This document shows positions 48,895 to 62,700 of a DNA stretch of 64,000 bases, piece by piece; the stretch's first letter is position 1, and every line of letters begins with the position of its first letter. A program made the position numbers and the translations under genes. The DNA comes from Ylistrum balloti (taxonomy: Eukaryota). The stretch spans positions 2,232,001 through 2,296,000 of the forward strand of contig NW_026781901.1 in NCBI RefSeq assembly GCF_031769215.1. The letters run 5' to 3'. The notes under the pieces were generated by a model. The model did no database searches. It was not told where the DNA came from and was given only the letters and a program-made list of their open reading frames with translations.

Positions 48895-51800
48895 TCATAC
48901 TCCTTCAGAGATTTGCTTGTTTATTTTCTCCATTAGGGATGTGTCTAGTCTTTTCTGTCTCTTTCTGACCATAGTATAGGATGCTACTCCAACCAGGAGA
49001 CATATCAGCTCAAACACCCAGAATCTTGTCTGGTGGATGTGTGGATCAATGTCGCATCTGCAAGTAAAACAACATGTAACTTTAGTACACTAAAACACAA
49101 GAAATCATGATACGTGTTTCACAGTTTTATAACGAGTGTTCCTGATGGAACAGGTGCTCAGCTGGTATTAACTTTTGTAGTGTCGTTACAACAGACAGAC
49201 ATTAGTACTATCACAGGTGTCACTGTCATTATTTTGACTACAAGAGTCACATCATACGCTGTGATTATCAGTAGCATTTCAACTAGTGACCTCTGTAAAT
49301 TAAAAACAACTTGTACATGAAAACATAAGATGGCAGTTCTGAATTTGACATGGGTTTGAATTTTAAATTTAATGGACATGGAAGGAATGTTTGGCAGTGA
49401 AACACATCTCCTTAATGAAAGTCCTGTTTCAATTTAACTTTCTTATGAGAAGAATCAGCAATTCAAACATTTTTTCCACCATGACAACCATTTTGAATAT
49501 CATACCAACACATATTTCCTTTACAATAACTATGATAAAAGTCACTAATGAAGGTCCTGTACCTTAGATGTCACAATCCATTTAAGAGTATGGAAAGTTG
49601 TATTTATATTTTAAAATAGCAATGTAATCCTTTCAGGGGTTTCTATCTTTCTAGGAAGAGTAAAAATAAGTAAAATAATGACAGAAAGATGAATGCCAGA
49701 TGTCAGTCTATAATTAGCACTTCTGGGTCTAGTAAAGTTTGTTTGCATTCCAAACTTATCTTTTTGTGAAAAATCATTTTATAGAACATTATGATCTAAT
49801 CAGAAACAAAGCAGTAGTAAATGCCATTATTCCTTAGGAAATCTCATTTTACTGGGCATAATATTTCTATTTTTTACTATAATAGACATGAATGTACACA
49901 ACTAATTATAAAAATATAAAGATTTACAAACTTTCTTTGGATTCTTTTTTTATCCTCACACTCAATCACTTCCATATACCCGGTATTCACACAGGAAGAC
50001 AGTTGCCTTTTCTGGAACAGAACAAAGAGAACAAGACAATCTAGAGTTCTGGCTATACTATATTATGTTTGTTATCTGACAGTATAAAGAAAAGTAAAAT
50101 ATCCATACAATAAATTTTGCATTGATGATTAATATCGAGCTTGATTCAATATTTCTTAATCATAATTGATCAAATACCTCCTAGGTATTGCTGCTCGGAG
50201 ATGGACATTTGAGTGAAGCGTTTGTATGTTATCATTAATTGTCCCACAAGAAGAAAAGCAGATATTAGCTTTCCATTACTCACCAGTTCTAACTTGGAAC
50301 AGACATGACAGGCTTCCACTATTTTCTCCTTTCCTGATAAACAGCTCTCATTTCTACTTTTTCTCCCTATTTAAATAAATGGAAAATATAAGATTCAAGA
50401 CAAGAGAGTTAACATTCTTAAGCTCATACATGACTGTACAGTATTAATGACTGTCAACAAGCACTTATGACTCCCTATACATTTTTTTTAACAAGAAATG
50501 TTCAAGAGAATATCTTCATACAAAATTATAACCGACTTTTGAAATATTTGATAAGACTACCAAAGTAATTCTGTACCCTCCTTTGTTCATTGCCAACATG
50601 GCCAAGTCACATTCAAAATCAATAGAAGTTGTTTCATTTCTAGGAGAACAAATCTGTACAACTTTACTGTGGTAGAAACAGTATGGTACTCCATAAACCG
50701 TTCTTCTTTATCACAAGGGTAGACATCATATAAAGTTGAAATCTTCTGTGAAAGGATAACTTACTAACAGTCCAGAAATGATTTTTACCTGTGATAATGG
50801 ATAACTTTTATCTTGATAAATGAAGATTAACTATGTATTTAACTTTCAGAAAAGCTTCACAAGTAAGGAGTTGAAGTAACTCTAAATCAATGCAAAAAAT
50901 GTATGCTTTCACCTTGACCTCTTAATTTGAATATCAGTAGGAAATCCTCTGCATGCGATAGGTCATCTCATGAGAAGTGTTTCGACAACAGGTATTAAAT
51001 TGAGATCTACAACTTTAATTCAAAACTAAAAGAAATCATGTTCACTTTAAATGCAAGAGAAAAGGTATTCTTTCAAACATTATATCTTCTAGTATTGAAT
51101 TCCTGATGTGATATCAGTTTGTACCATGTACCTTGTAATGTGTTGAAGTCCCCTATGGAATGGTGGGTTGACCAGGCACTCTGTACCAGCAGAATAACAA
51201 AAGACACACTGAAAATAATGAAATTCAAATTGATAAAGGAATATAGGAAGATATCAATCAAACAGAATAGTTTTATCAAAGGAAAGGATTGACTCCAAAC
51301 TCCACTAGATAGTTCAGACACTATTTTGTGTTTGTTTTTCCTATTACATATCGGTGTGTCTACATTACAATGTAAACTGTTTTTGCCATTGATCTGTTTA
51401 AAATGAATTAGAAGTAAAACCTCTTTATCTGATAGTTTCCCATATGATATTTATTCCCATGCAATATCTGATGACAGACAATAGAGGGAGGTAAAGCAAA
51501 GTTAATGTGTCATGGTCTAGACCCAGGAGCCAAAATCGTTGCAGGCAGTGAAGGAATTTTCTTATTTTCAGACACAATGTTATGCATGTTGTAGAATCAC
51601 CATTGCAAGTGTTCATGCAAATCAGTACGGCAGTTTTTAATCTCACTTGAACTGTATGTTCAGGGCAGTTTTTGTCTGTCACAATGCTAAAATAAAGGAT
51701 CCCACTGTCCCTGGGCGAGACACTTTACCCCCAATCACTTGGATAACATGTACAGGCCTCCTGTATGTTGTTCTACGTGGTAGCAGCAAAAAGGAAAAAA

Positions 51801-52476
51801 ATTGTCAGGAAAATATAGGAATGTATAAATTTGTATGTAACAGAATAAGGAATGACAGTCCTACTGAGTATTCCAACCAGAATATAACCCAAGTTTCAGG
51901 CATGATAATCCATAGAGAGACATTGACTGTATATTTAACTCTAACTAGTCTAACCAACCTACTCTGTTTACATAAAGTTTGTCTGAAGGGCTATCTATAG
52001 TGATCAGAAATCCATTGAAATCCATAATCATATATTGATTAAAAACACATTGGCTTTCCAATGTAGTTAATCTATTACATAACTGAATTGTTGTAGATTC
52101 AGTATTCATAGAAAGTGAATGCATTCTCTATAAAGCAGTAATATTTTCTTTTTTGTAACTTAAAGGTACCTATAATTAACAAAAGAATGAATATTATTGA
52201 TAACTGGGATCTTAATTATGCATAATATGACTTTTGCTAAGTTTTACTAAAACACAAGAAAATATAAATGTATCCTGACGATTGATTATGAAAATTTACA
52301 ATCCATTATCACATCAGATGAGGTTATATAATTAGATAACTACTTATAACAGATCATTGTCTAGTTACTGGTCCCCTATTTCATTATGTGTCTTTGTCTC
52401 AACCTAAGGATTATTTGGCGCGTTGAATATGATATAAAAGAGAGTCTGTTTGGCTTGTGTCTGGGAGACGAAAAAC

Positions 52477-52508
<32 letters not shown>

Positions 52509-52981
52509 GCTTGTGTCTGTATCTGAACCCTCCCCCAAATCCTTTTCAGTCGGTCAATCAGAATGAATTGTTAGACAGGGATGTCAAGTGTATAATACAA
52601 AGATAATTATCAAAAATTCTCAATTAGTGAATTAAGACATTCACTAGGTACTGTACTCATCTGTACAAGTTCTAGACTGAGAATGACTGTATCTATAACG
52701 ATAATTTCATATCAATATTCACCATATATAAAGATGAACATAACGAATAAATGTGTAAATATCAATAACAGCATAAAAATGTGAAAAATGACATTAAATC
52801 GTCAATTAACAGACAAAAAAATTGGTAAAGACCATTTCAGTAGCAATTTTAGAGGGGGTAGGGTTCGTTTCAGTATTATAATTTCAACACTTCAACTCAT
52901 TCATAATCGATGTTAAACATTTTACCTTAGTAAGCCGAAGAGAGCTATAAGCATACGTTTCTTTGTACAAAATTCAATCAT
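48895..52981 (-). CDS. JTB: Protein JTB (jumping translocation breakpoint) ortholog, 152 aa
   Basis: Exons 52981-52926, 51208-51132, 50366-50284, 50011-49932 and 49057-48895, with phases 2,1,0,2; 459 nt in total. It has an N-terminal hydrophobic segment, a six-Cys ectodomain (ESC..EACHVC..SSCVNTGYMEVIEC..KC), and RFWVFE + TM + RKRQKRLD...EKINKQI matching the JTB C-terminus. Confidence 0.9.
52477..52508. repeat. (CAT)n microsatellite
   Basis: About 10 CAT units, flanked by a repeated GCTTGTGTCTG. Confidence 0.9.
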
Positions 52982-55900
52982 GATGGTGTGTGTACTAAAT
53001 TTCCATGGCCATCAGCAGTTCGGTGGATGTGTATTCGCCAGTTCGCTAAACCCAACATTTAAGATAACGCAGATTTCATACCAACACAGAAGATCACGTG
53101 ACTATTTTCTTCCTTCAATCGAAGCCAACATTATATCAAAAGTCAAACGAAACAATAGTTTAACCCAAACAACTGTTTGATGACTTCACTTTCATGATGT
53201 TGTCGGCAATGCAGTCACCATTGGGTGCGTTCGATAATAAACCCGCCGGTGTGCACATAATGTAAACGCCTGCGCGAGAAGTTCCGGTCGGAACTCTTTT
53301 ATTTGTTTGGAATGAACTGCAAGTAGATTATAACCAAGTTGATAGACGGAAAAGGCTGTGGGTACCTTGCCCAGTATCTACACTTGTATAATTTCTCATT
53401 TTCCTATAGACTCCCATTCTGGCTGATGATTTTACTTGTATATACCAGCCACATTACAAATGTAAAGTTGTATTAGCTGATAACCTATATATACCCAGTA
53501 TTTCCTGTTTTTTTATACATCAGTTTAGACTGAATAAATTCTTTGTCTATAATTTTCAATGTTTTACAAGCTAATTTATTTTTTTCATATTTTGATCATT
53601 TTCTTTTCTAAAAATTTGCCCATAAAGTGATGAAACTTTGACATTAGATGTTGTTTTAGAGACTGAAAATAATACAATATAGTAATAGGTGACACCAGTT
53701 GGTAAAGAATACACTTCTAAGATCCTGGTTCTATCAATTTCTGTGGTATCTGTTTTGATATTTCCTTTGCTCCTTCCAACATATGCTAGTGGATGATAAA
53801 GCATATCTAGTTTTAATGAGATCCACAAAAACCTGACAGCTAGAAATCACTTGACAAGACTTCAATGCTGTAACTCATCCAAAAATTGTCACATGGGAAA
53901 ACACAATTTTATGTCATGGATATAAAGCCCACCAAGTTTCAAAGAAATTGGTTAAAAACTGAGGAAGGCGATCTGTCCATAATAAAAGGCAGGAAAACAC
54001 AATGGACAATAATATTTTTTTGAAATTGTTGGACGAAAATGACATTCAAGAAAACAGTTTCATATCGAAGAAATAAGGCCCACCAAGCTTGAAAGCGATC
54101 AGTTGGAAACAGAAATCTTCACACAAGTTAAGTATGTAAGAGGGGATATAATGCTTTCATAAACTGTCTAAATATGATAGAATTACTATTTGAATTAGTA
54201 AAGTGTCTAGCATTATCTGTGTCATTAGTGTTTGTCCACTGTGTTGGAAAGTGTGGTGAGTCTTAAACGTGTTGTGTCAGTGTCCATATTTGGTGTTGTT
54301 TTCGTCTTATATGTAAATTAGTCTGTAAGGAGTTGTGGAAAAGCATGCAAGGGTGAGTGGAGTATGAAAGTAAAATTATATAAAACCTGTTTACACGAGC
54401 CCGTCGCACTTTAGCCAGGACCGTACGTACTGAACGTATCCTCTGGGGTCCAGTACATAACCCGCACTATCAGACGGAAATTCCCAAATGAGACATTTCA
54501 CCAAACCTACTGGGTTTTGGAAGGTAAATATTACCTACCGAATAATACGTTATATTATTTCCATTCACAGAATCTGATTGTTGACATGTATACAGTATAT
54601 TAGAATGTACATGTTATGTAACATTTTTTGTTCTTTTTTTGACCTGTGACATAAACTTCAAGTGTAAATTGAAAAAAATGTGCATTAACTGATGAAAGAC
54701 AGATGTAGCAACAGATTTAAACATCACAACCTTCCTGGTCAGGTGAGAAAAAAAACCAAAGTCAAATTATATCAATCTCCCGTAAAGGCTTTATTTCCGT
54801 TTTATATTGATAACAAAAATAGAGTAAGATTTATATAAATGTATAGGAATATAGAAATCACTTCACCTTTCATAAGTACAATACAAGAACTAAAATTGAT
54901 AAGAGAGTTGCATAGAATTTAATCTATCAAATTCATGATCGCAGTACAGAACTATTGCAATTTCTGTGATAAAAAAAGTAATGGTCAGGCCACTTGTTAA
55001 GTCAATCATATCTTAAATGACTTCAACATCCCACATTGAACAAGAATATTGTGACAGAACTCTATAATCTCGTCCAATGTCAGAGAAATATTGATGACTT
55101 ATTGAATCAAAAAGAATACAAATACAGAAATGGTGATAATGAGTCACAACGTCTAGGTGGAAATCAATGATATGTTTTAATGATAAAGCAATTTAGTGTA
55201 CCAAGTTATAAACAGATGAGTGGAAAACTGAAAGTGTTGGATAAAAATGCTGTTCATTGGAACAAAATCACATATCTTTTCAGGATGAAAGTGTTGTTGA
55301 AAAAAAATGATGGCAACAACTCTTCCAAAAGCTTGTAAAATCACAATACAATTTCATGTAACGGCTATACAGAGAATTGGTGAAAAACTCAGGAAAGAGA
55401 TCTCCGTACAAAATTCAAATGCTAAAGAAATAAACAGTAACAATGCTTTCAAAATTTGCTAAATCAAAATACTGTGTAGAAAACACAACATTGTGATTCT
55501 ATGATGGCCGCACAGAGTCATACCATATTGCATCCCGTCAAATTTTATGACAGGTGTTTAAAAATACTCGGGTACAGATGAACCTATTAAAATTCATATT
55601 TTTTTCTGGACAATTTTAGCAATCTGACCCAGTCAACACATCCATGTATAGTAGTTTTACTTAGGCAAGTGAAATATGAAACCACACTGGTACTCCAGAT
55701 TTATGTCCAGAATTTTACAAATATATGAAAACTTGACATTTCTAGTAATGATTTTAGTCAAATTAAAAGATGAACACAACTTTAGAGTGTCACATTGTTC
55801 TCAATATAAAATAAACAATAGAAGCAACAGATGTTTATTATCTAAACATTACCTATATTGGATGTATTTGGTTCCAATTAACAAACAAAAATCTCAACGA

Positions 55901-56442
55901 CAATTGTCAAGGTTGATTTTATATCACACAAACCTCACAACCTGTATAATAATTTGAATAACAAAAAATTAAAAAAAGCAAAAAAAAGCAAGAAATTGAA
56001 AAAAAAGCAAATGCTATGGTACAAGGTAACATCAATGGAATGTACTGGTTTTTGAATGACTTGGGTGTGTATAGAGGAGACAATTCAATATGAGTTTGTT
56101 CTATATTAAAGTTGGCTGCACAATAATCAATATTTATGTAGAAAAATGATATTATTCAATATGAGTTCAACATTCCAGCTAGCTGTTCAATAATAAAGGT
56201 TTATCACAACACTTCCATAATATTCTGCCACATCATACATAACCTATTTTTTTCTACCACAATTTAGTCATTTTCGAAGCAATTTCTAACTTCATTTTCC
56301 ACAGAGGATTAGTTTTACAGTTCAATGCAAATTCAAATGATCCGAATATTTTTTTAATTTGAGAAAATACGCACTCAATCTTTAGATCAAGTGAGGTAAA
56401 TATGTTATTATGGCACTTTTTCCTATTTCCAACAACTGTTAG

Positions 56443-56670
56443 CTACAGCTCCTCGTGTTTCATTTTTTTGGGATCCGTTTCTACTTTCACTTCCACCTTC
56501 TCCTTTTCATGTTTTACATGGTGTATATGTATCCCTCCCTCAAAATTGTCAATTGTCTCGCTTTGAAATTCGTTTGATGTTTGTTTTTCAGAATACATTT
56601 CATTTCTAAAATCTTCATCTTCCTTTCCCTCTTCTGCAAATTTGAGATCTTTTTCTTTTTCTTTTTCTTT

Positions 56671-56703
<33 letters not shown>

Positions 56704-59700
56704 GTCAACGATAAAGTCACTTTCTCCTGGTCCATCAGCGTCTGATTGTTCATGTTCTACCTCATCTTCTTCATCATGTTCCAGGTTCATAGCAGGAAAC
56801 AAGTCAGGGAAGTCCCTGACCATCTCGCTTAAATTAAACTTGTATAATTCAGGCCACTCAAGTAAATCGTTTTTGTCCTCATCAATAATCGCAAAACACT
56901 GCAAAACAAACACAAAACAAACCTTAGAACCAGGAAAACAAACGACTTTCAAACATACATAGTAAAACAGGTAAAACTTAATGTAAATGTACAAGAAATT
57001 ATAAATGAGACAAGATTTTCATGGATTTAACTATTTTGCAGGTTTCCATTCGTCTGATCAGCAGAAATAAGCTAGAATGTTGTATTTGTTATATAAACAT
57101 AGGATAAATCAAGAAAGTGCAATATTGAACATGGACTGTAATAAGAATTCAGAATCAGAAATGTTTTGGGATGAATAAAGATTTACACTACCATAACTAA
57201 ATAGTGCGATAATTAACCAATTAACCTTCAAGTATAGGATCAACTCAAAACTGAAATCCTGTACTGAAATGCTTTTGCTTATATATACATTTTGTATAAT
57301 TGAATCAGGTTTGATGAAAATAACATGGATCAATGGTGAGTTTTACACAAATGTTTATGTTGCAGCTGCTGACAAAAAAGTAACACTTAAGCCTCAATTC
57401 CAAATTCTGTCGTATGCGAGACAGAAATCATGTTTACCAACAGAAATGCAAAGTATTAATTTCTCAGGGTAGGAAAGTAAGAAGCATATTAACCTTATTT
57501 ATCTCATCTTTATCCTTCACATCAGTACCAAACAGCGTAGAGAAATCTTCTCTCGTGATGCTTTCTTTTCCCTCCATTGACTCTAGTAGTAAGCTCCTAC
57601 AACAGACACTAATAACATTAGCAACAGCAGACAGTCAAATTATTACCTTCAATTAGTGATTTCCTTCAAAAAACATAAACAACTCATAAAGTACAAGCGG
57701 TATTACTCCCTTACAACAGTGATCAGTGATCTACCTGTAACATAGGTGCTTACTCACAACAGTGAGCCCCTACAAGTTGAGCTCCTACAATTAACAGAGG
57801 TATTTCTTTACAATAGTGAGCCCCAATCGGTAACAAAGGTATTTCTTTACAATAGTGAGCCCCAATCAGTAACTTAGGCATTTCTTTACAATAGTGAGCC
57901 CCAATCAGTAACAAAGGTATTTCTTTACAATAGTGAGTCCCTATCAGTAACTTAGGCATTTCTTTACAATAGTGAGCCCCTATCAGTAACAAAGGTATTT
58001 CTTTACAATAGTGAGCCCCTATCAGTAACAAAGGTATTTCTTTACAATAGTGAGCCCCTATTAGTAACAAAGGTGTTTCCCTTTCAGTAGTAAACCTCTA
58101 CAAGTAACATAAGAGGATGATTTTTTTATGCAATAAGCTTCTTCCAGATATCACAGCATTTTCCAAACGACAGTGCCCCTTCAAGTAACATCAAGTATTT
58201 GGAACAAGAGTGAACTCCTTCATTAACATGAATGATATTTCCTCCAACATATCACATAAGGTACCTATTTACAGTATATAATTAACTTGTAAGTGACCTA
58301 AATACCAGAAGATAACATACAGGTAAGTAGTTAAGACTGTTACACAGGACATACAGTCTGTCAACCTGCTTACCTGGCTTCTTCAATAGGCTGTGGGAAA
58401 TTAAACTGCACCAGGGGTTTGGGAGAGGCTGTGTAGGGGTCCATGTCTTCACACTGGGAAGTATTATACCACATCCGATGATGGAACCAGAAGTTCAAGG
58501 CCAAGTTACGACCAGGTAATGAGTGCACATGGTGGAACCACCTACAGTAATAGTTGATCACATGAAACACACATAACTTTGAATAAAATTCAGTGACCTG
58601 TACAGACAGGGACTGTCATAAACAGGTGACCTTTATCAGGAGGTTGTCATTATATAAATATTGAATTTCTATTATTTGCATTACATAAGGGCCTGAAATC
58701 AGAGACCTGTGCTAACAGGGCTTTGTTATCAACAGGTGGGCTGTAAAGCAAGCCTGTCACTCTCACTGAAAGGACTCATCAAAGGGAGATAATATGATCA
58801 TCAATGACCTTGCTGCTCTATTTGTCCACCATTTACATGTTTCTCCGTGTTATGGCCCTAATGATTCAAATATATTAAGATCAAACCTTACAGGATAGAA
58901 TATCACACAGTAAGTATATAATGTACTGAACTCCACATACAAATAACAAACTTAAAAAAATATTTAAACACCCTTGGTTAACAGCAATTCTGAGACCAAA
59001 AAAATTACAGTAGAAAAAATAAGAAACAGAATTTGAAGTAAAATCAACATCTTGGTCTCAGTCTCTGGAATTACATAGATTTGTACTGACCTAAATGGAA
59101 TAAATAGACAGTCGCCTTTGTTGACCTCAACTTTGTGCCAGGGGACTTTTTGTAAATTAGGGAACTCATGCATGTCAACTCTGTCCACATTAACTCGGCT
59201 GAAGGCACCGTCCTCCATCCAGCCATCTGCCTCTACCATATAATCATATTTCTGTAAAAACAACAAAAGTGGCATGCTTTATAAATATCATAACAAACTT
59301 AACAATGGCATAAAGACAGGGTAGTATGGTTCACAATACAAATATTGATGTACTTGTTAGAAGTACCAGCCAAAATATGACACAGTACTATGCCATTGAT
59401 ATATCTTTTACATTATAATTATCAACAGTATGAGAAAGTTACCCAACCTCTGCAGGAATATCAAAGTACATCTTTCATCTCTAAAGCAAAGCATTCAAAA
59501 TGTCTGTTGATATAAAATTAGAAATAATAAGGATATGGTGATGGTGGTAGGCCTGACTGCTGTACTCTAAGGTTTATAATGGCCAACACAAAAGGTAACA
59601 CACTCTAACATCCTTGGGGCTGGTACATCAGTTGATACTTTGAAGTGTCCCTTGTGTGGTCTCATCAGGGTATTAAGCCTTACATATATGTGACCTCATT

Positions 59701-62700
59701 CATTGACGTAAAAAACAAATCAGTTGTCTGTCATCTGTCCGTTTGTCAGAACTATGGAGTTCTCTCTATAACTTCATTATAACCTGTCCATCATCTGTCC
59801 GTTTGTCAGAACTATGGAGTTCTCTCCGTAACTTCATTATAACCTGTCAGTCATCTGTCTGTTTGTCAGAATTATGGAGTTCTCTCCGTAACTTCATTAT
59901 AACCTGTCAGTCATCTGTCCGTTTGTAAGAACTATGGAGTTCTCTACATAACTTCATTATAACCTGTCCGTCATCTGTCCGTTTGTCAGAGCTATTGAGT
60001 TCTCTCTCGATCTGCCAGATTTGGGGCCGAATCCCAATGCAAAATATTATCTTTTTTTCCCAATTTAGACCCCAAGTTTTCCTAATTCTAAGGAAAACAC
60101 CATTATTTTTCCCAATTCAAAGGGCCCCGGGCCCCGGGCCCCAGTCCCAAAATGGGGTGTGAGAGCCATGCCTGTCCATCATCTGTCCATTTGTCAGAAC
60201 TATGGATTTCTCTCTATAACTTCATAACAACCTGTCCGTCATCTGTCCATTTGTCAGAACTATGGAGTTCTCTACATAACTTCCTTATAACCTAACTTCA
60301 GAAAACTTAACAACAATTTAGGGCCATACCAAATAATCTATGGAGATAAAACTAAACCAAAGAGTCTATAAATTGTGTAAATGTAATGGCTCTGCTGCTT
60401 TTTGACTATTCTCTTACTTTAATGATACTCGTTTAGGTGTAACTTAGCTTTAGGTAAGATTATTTGTAGGACCTTGTGTTATCACAATCATTTTGTGAAT
60501 AACTGCTCAGAGAGAAGATTAATTCAGGTCATACCCTGATCAACACCAAACATGTGACATTTCAGGTGATATCAGGTCAGATAATTCTCTTCATCATAGC
60601 AGAGATCAGGTTCAAAACATATGTTAAATTGAAACAAGAGACTCCTGGGCATTAACAGTCAAGATTTCTATAAAAACCATTGTTTTTGTTGCACTTACAT
60701 ATGTCAGAGAAATTATTTTGTTATTAAAGCTAACTCAAACTATTCCATCTGGTGGAGGATCATGAAAAGATTTTCAAAATTTCAATAGAAGTAAATGTGA
60801 CCCCTATCATCACAACCTCTCACGTCCCCTTGAAGCGGGCAATTTTGGCCGTAGGTTTCAATTTCACCAAAATAGGTTAATAGTTTTTTGAGGCACAATG
60901 GATGACCTAATTATAAACTGTTTATCAATGAAATTGATTGACTGTGTAGACATAGTACCGGTAAGTGTTGCTTGCTTTTACAATAACTGCCATCCTTATG
61001 CATACATCATATGCAATTTTATACATAGTCATTACCTTGTCAATGAGGACCAATTCCTTAGTGCCATCCAAGACACAGTTAATGTTGTCCAGGCCATCGT
61101 TATGAAGATGGGACTTGGTACCGCCACTACTGAACCACATGATGATGCTTTGCAGGTTGTCCTGGAAACCGCCACACTGTAAGGTCAAGGGCACCTTCAG
61201 GTCCACTGTAAGGTCACAACACCAATTCAAACAAAACCAAAGAACTGTTCTGGTATTTATACAACTGTGTTTTCTGAAAGCATAGATTTCCTCACAAGTT
61301 TTCCATAATTCATAATTTTTCAACATGCACCTTTCACTATAAGTCATATAACTGTCCATTGACTGAATCGTCTCCCTCTGACCATTTCTAATTTGAACTG
61401 ACTTTTTTTCACTTACTCAGATGAGAAACATATCCCATTCAGAAAGTCAGCCTTTTCAAGAAAGTGTCAAGATATTTTGAACATGAATTATTATCTCTTT
61501 AAGCTAATAGTGTCAATATTTTCCTTAGTCAGCAATTTACATCAATATGGGAAAGAAATTATTGTTACCATATTATCATGTGTACCAACAAATAGGACAA
61601 GTTTTATATATATACAGTAACATATGGTTAGACAGAAAGCTGTGGTATTCTGTAGATTTTTCACCAAGTAAAGGAATATTAATTAAAGACAGTTCCAACA
61701 AGGTAAACATAATGCAAATATACAACAAAAATAGTTTTCAGCAGTATCTGGCAGAAAATTTTGTTAAAAATTAATTTTAATTCATAGCTGTCAAAACTAT
61801 ATACCCGGTATGTTGTAATATTTCTAATGGAAGCCGATGTGAAGCTTGGAAGTTATAGTGACATTCCTGTTCAAGAATGTCTTAATGCAATGATAATGAA
61901 ACAGGCTGCAACATTCATCATGTAACTCCTGCCAGATGTGTTCTACCTAGGGTTAGTTAAGTGATCAACACGATGTATTGCTCACAGTGAGCTCCATGTG
62001 ACAAATGGTGACTACTTTTACACCTACAATAACTGATTGTTATTGAAGGCATGCTTTATGATGCCAGAGGGCTGGACAGACAGACAGACAGAAGCAAGGA
62101 CAGACAGACATATGGAATAATGGAAAAGACAAACAATTCAGGGGTCTAGAAAAATATTTTAAACCACTAGGCACATGACTGGTGGGCTGAAAAATTTACT
62201 CATCCGGATTGGAAATTTACTTGTCCAAATTCAGCTATGAAATGCGAATTTAATCAGCCAGGATGTGACATGTGACTTTTTTCTATTTTTATTTGAAGTT
62301 TTAGTGAAAAAACTATGCAGTGATGGCTGCTTTGCATCAGACATTGTGCACGACTTAGGCCTAGCCGTAGTGTTTGTTTACATCCGACTGACTAGGTGCT
62401 GTTAAGAACGAGAGCACCTGACATCAGTATGACCGCGGGAAAATGACTAAGGTATTCTGAATGCTATATTTGATGTCATGAGAGTTCCGGTGTAATCAAA
62501 AGTTAGAGTGCAGACTGGAATATTTTGTTTTCGACGTACCATAAACACGTTTCTTTGTTTAAAATTTTCTTTTCATTTTTATTGAAATTTGTAACATTAA
62601 TATCATTGGAAAAAAGTACTCATCTGACGGACGACTGACAAAGATAAATCTAGTTGTCCAAGACAATTTTCACTCATCCATGATGACCGGACGAGTGCTG

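Noticed and set aside
49108-49290. Possible extra JTB exon after TTTACAG in intron 4
   Set aside because: All frames stop or give no JTB similarity, and the five-exon model is already complete.
54400-54523. CpG cluster ending in a GGAAG|GTAAAT donor, as a possible first exon of an unannotated gene
   Set aside because: No downstream coding exons or ORF were found; a donor motif alone is insufficient.
57750-58070. 107-aa in-frame repeat ORF on the JmjC strand ending near a GTGAGT donor, as a possible cassette exon
   Set aside because: The candidate acceptor lacks a pyrimidine tract, and the phases (2 in, 1 out) would frameshift the downstream exons.
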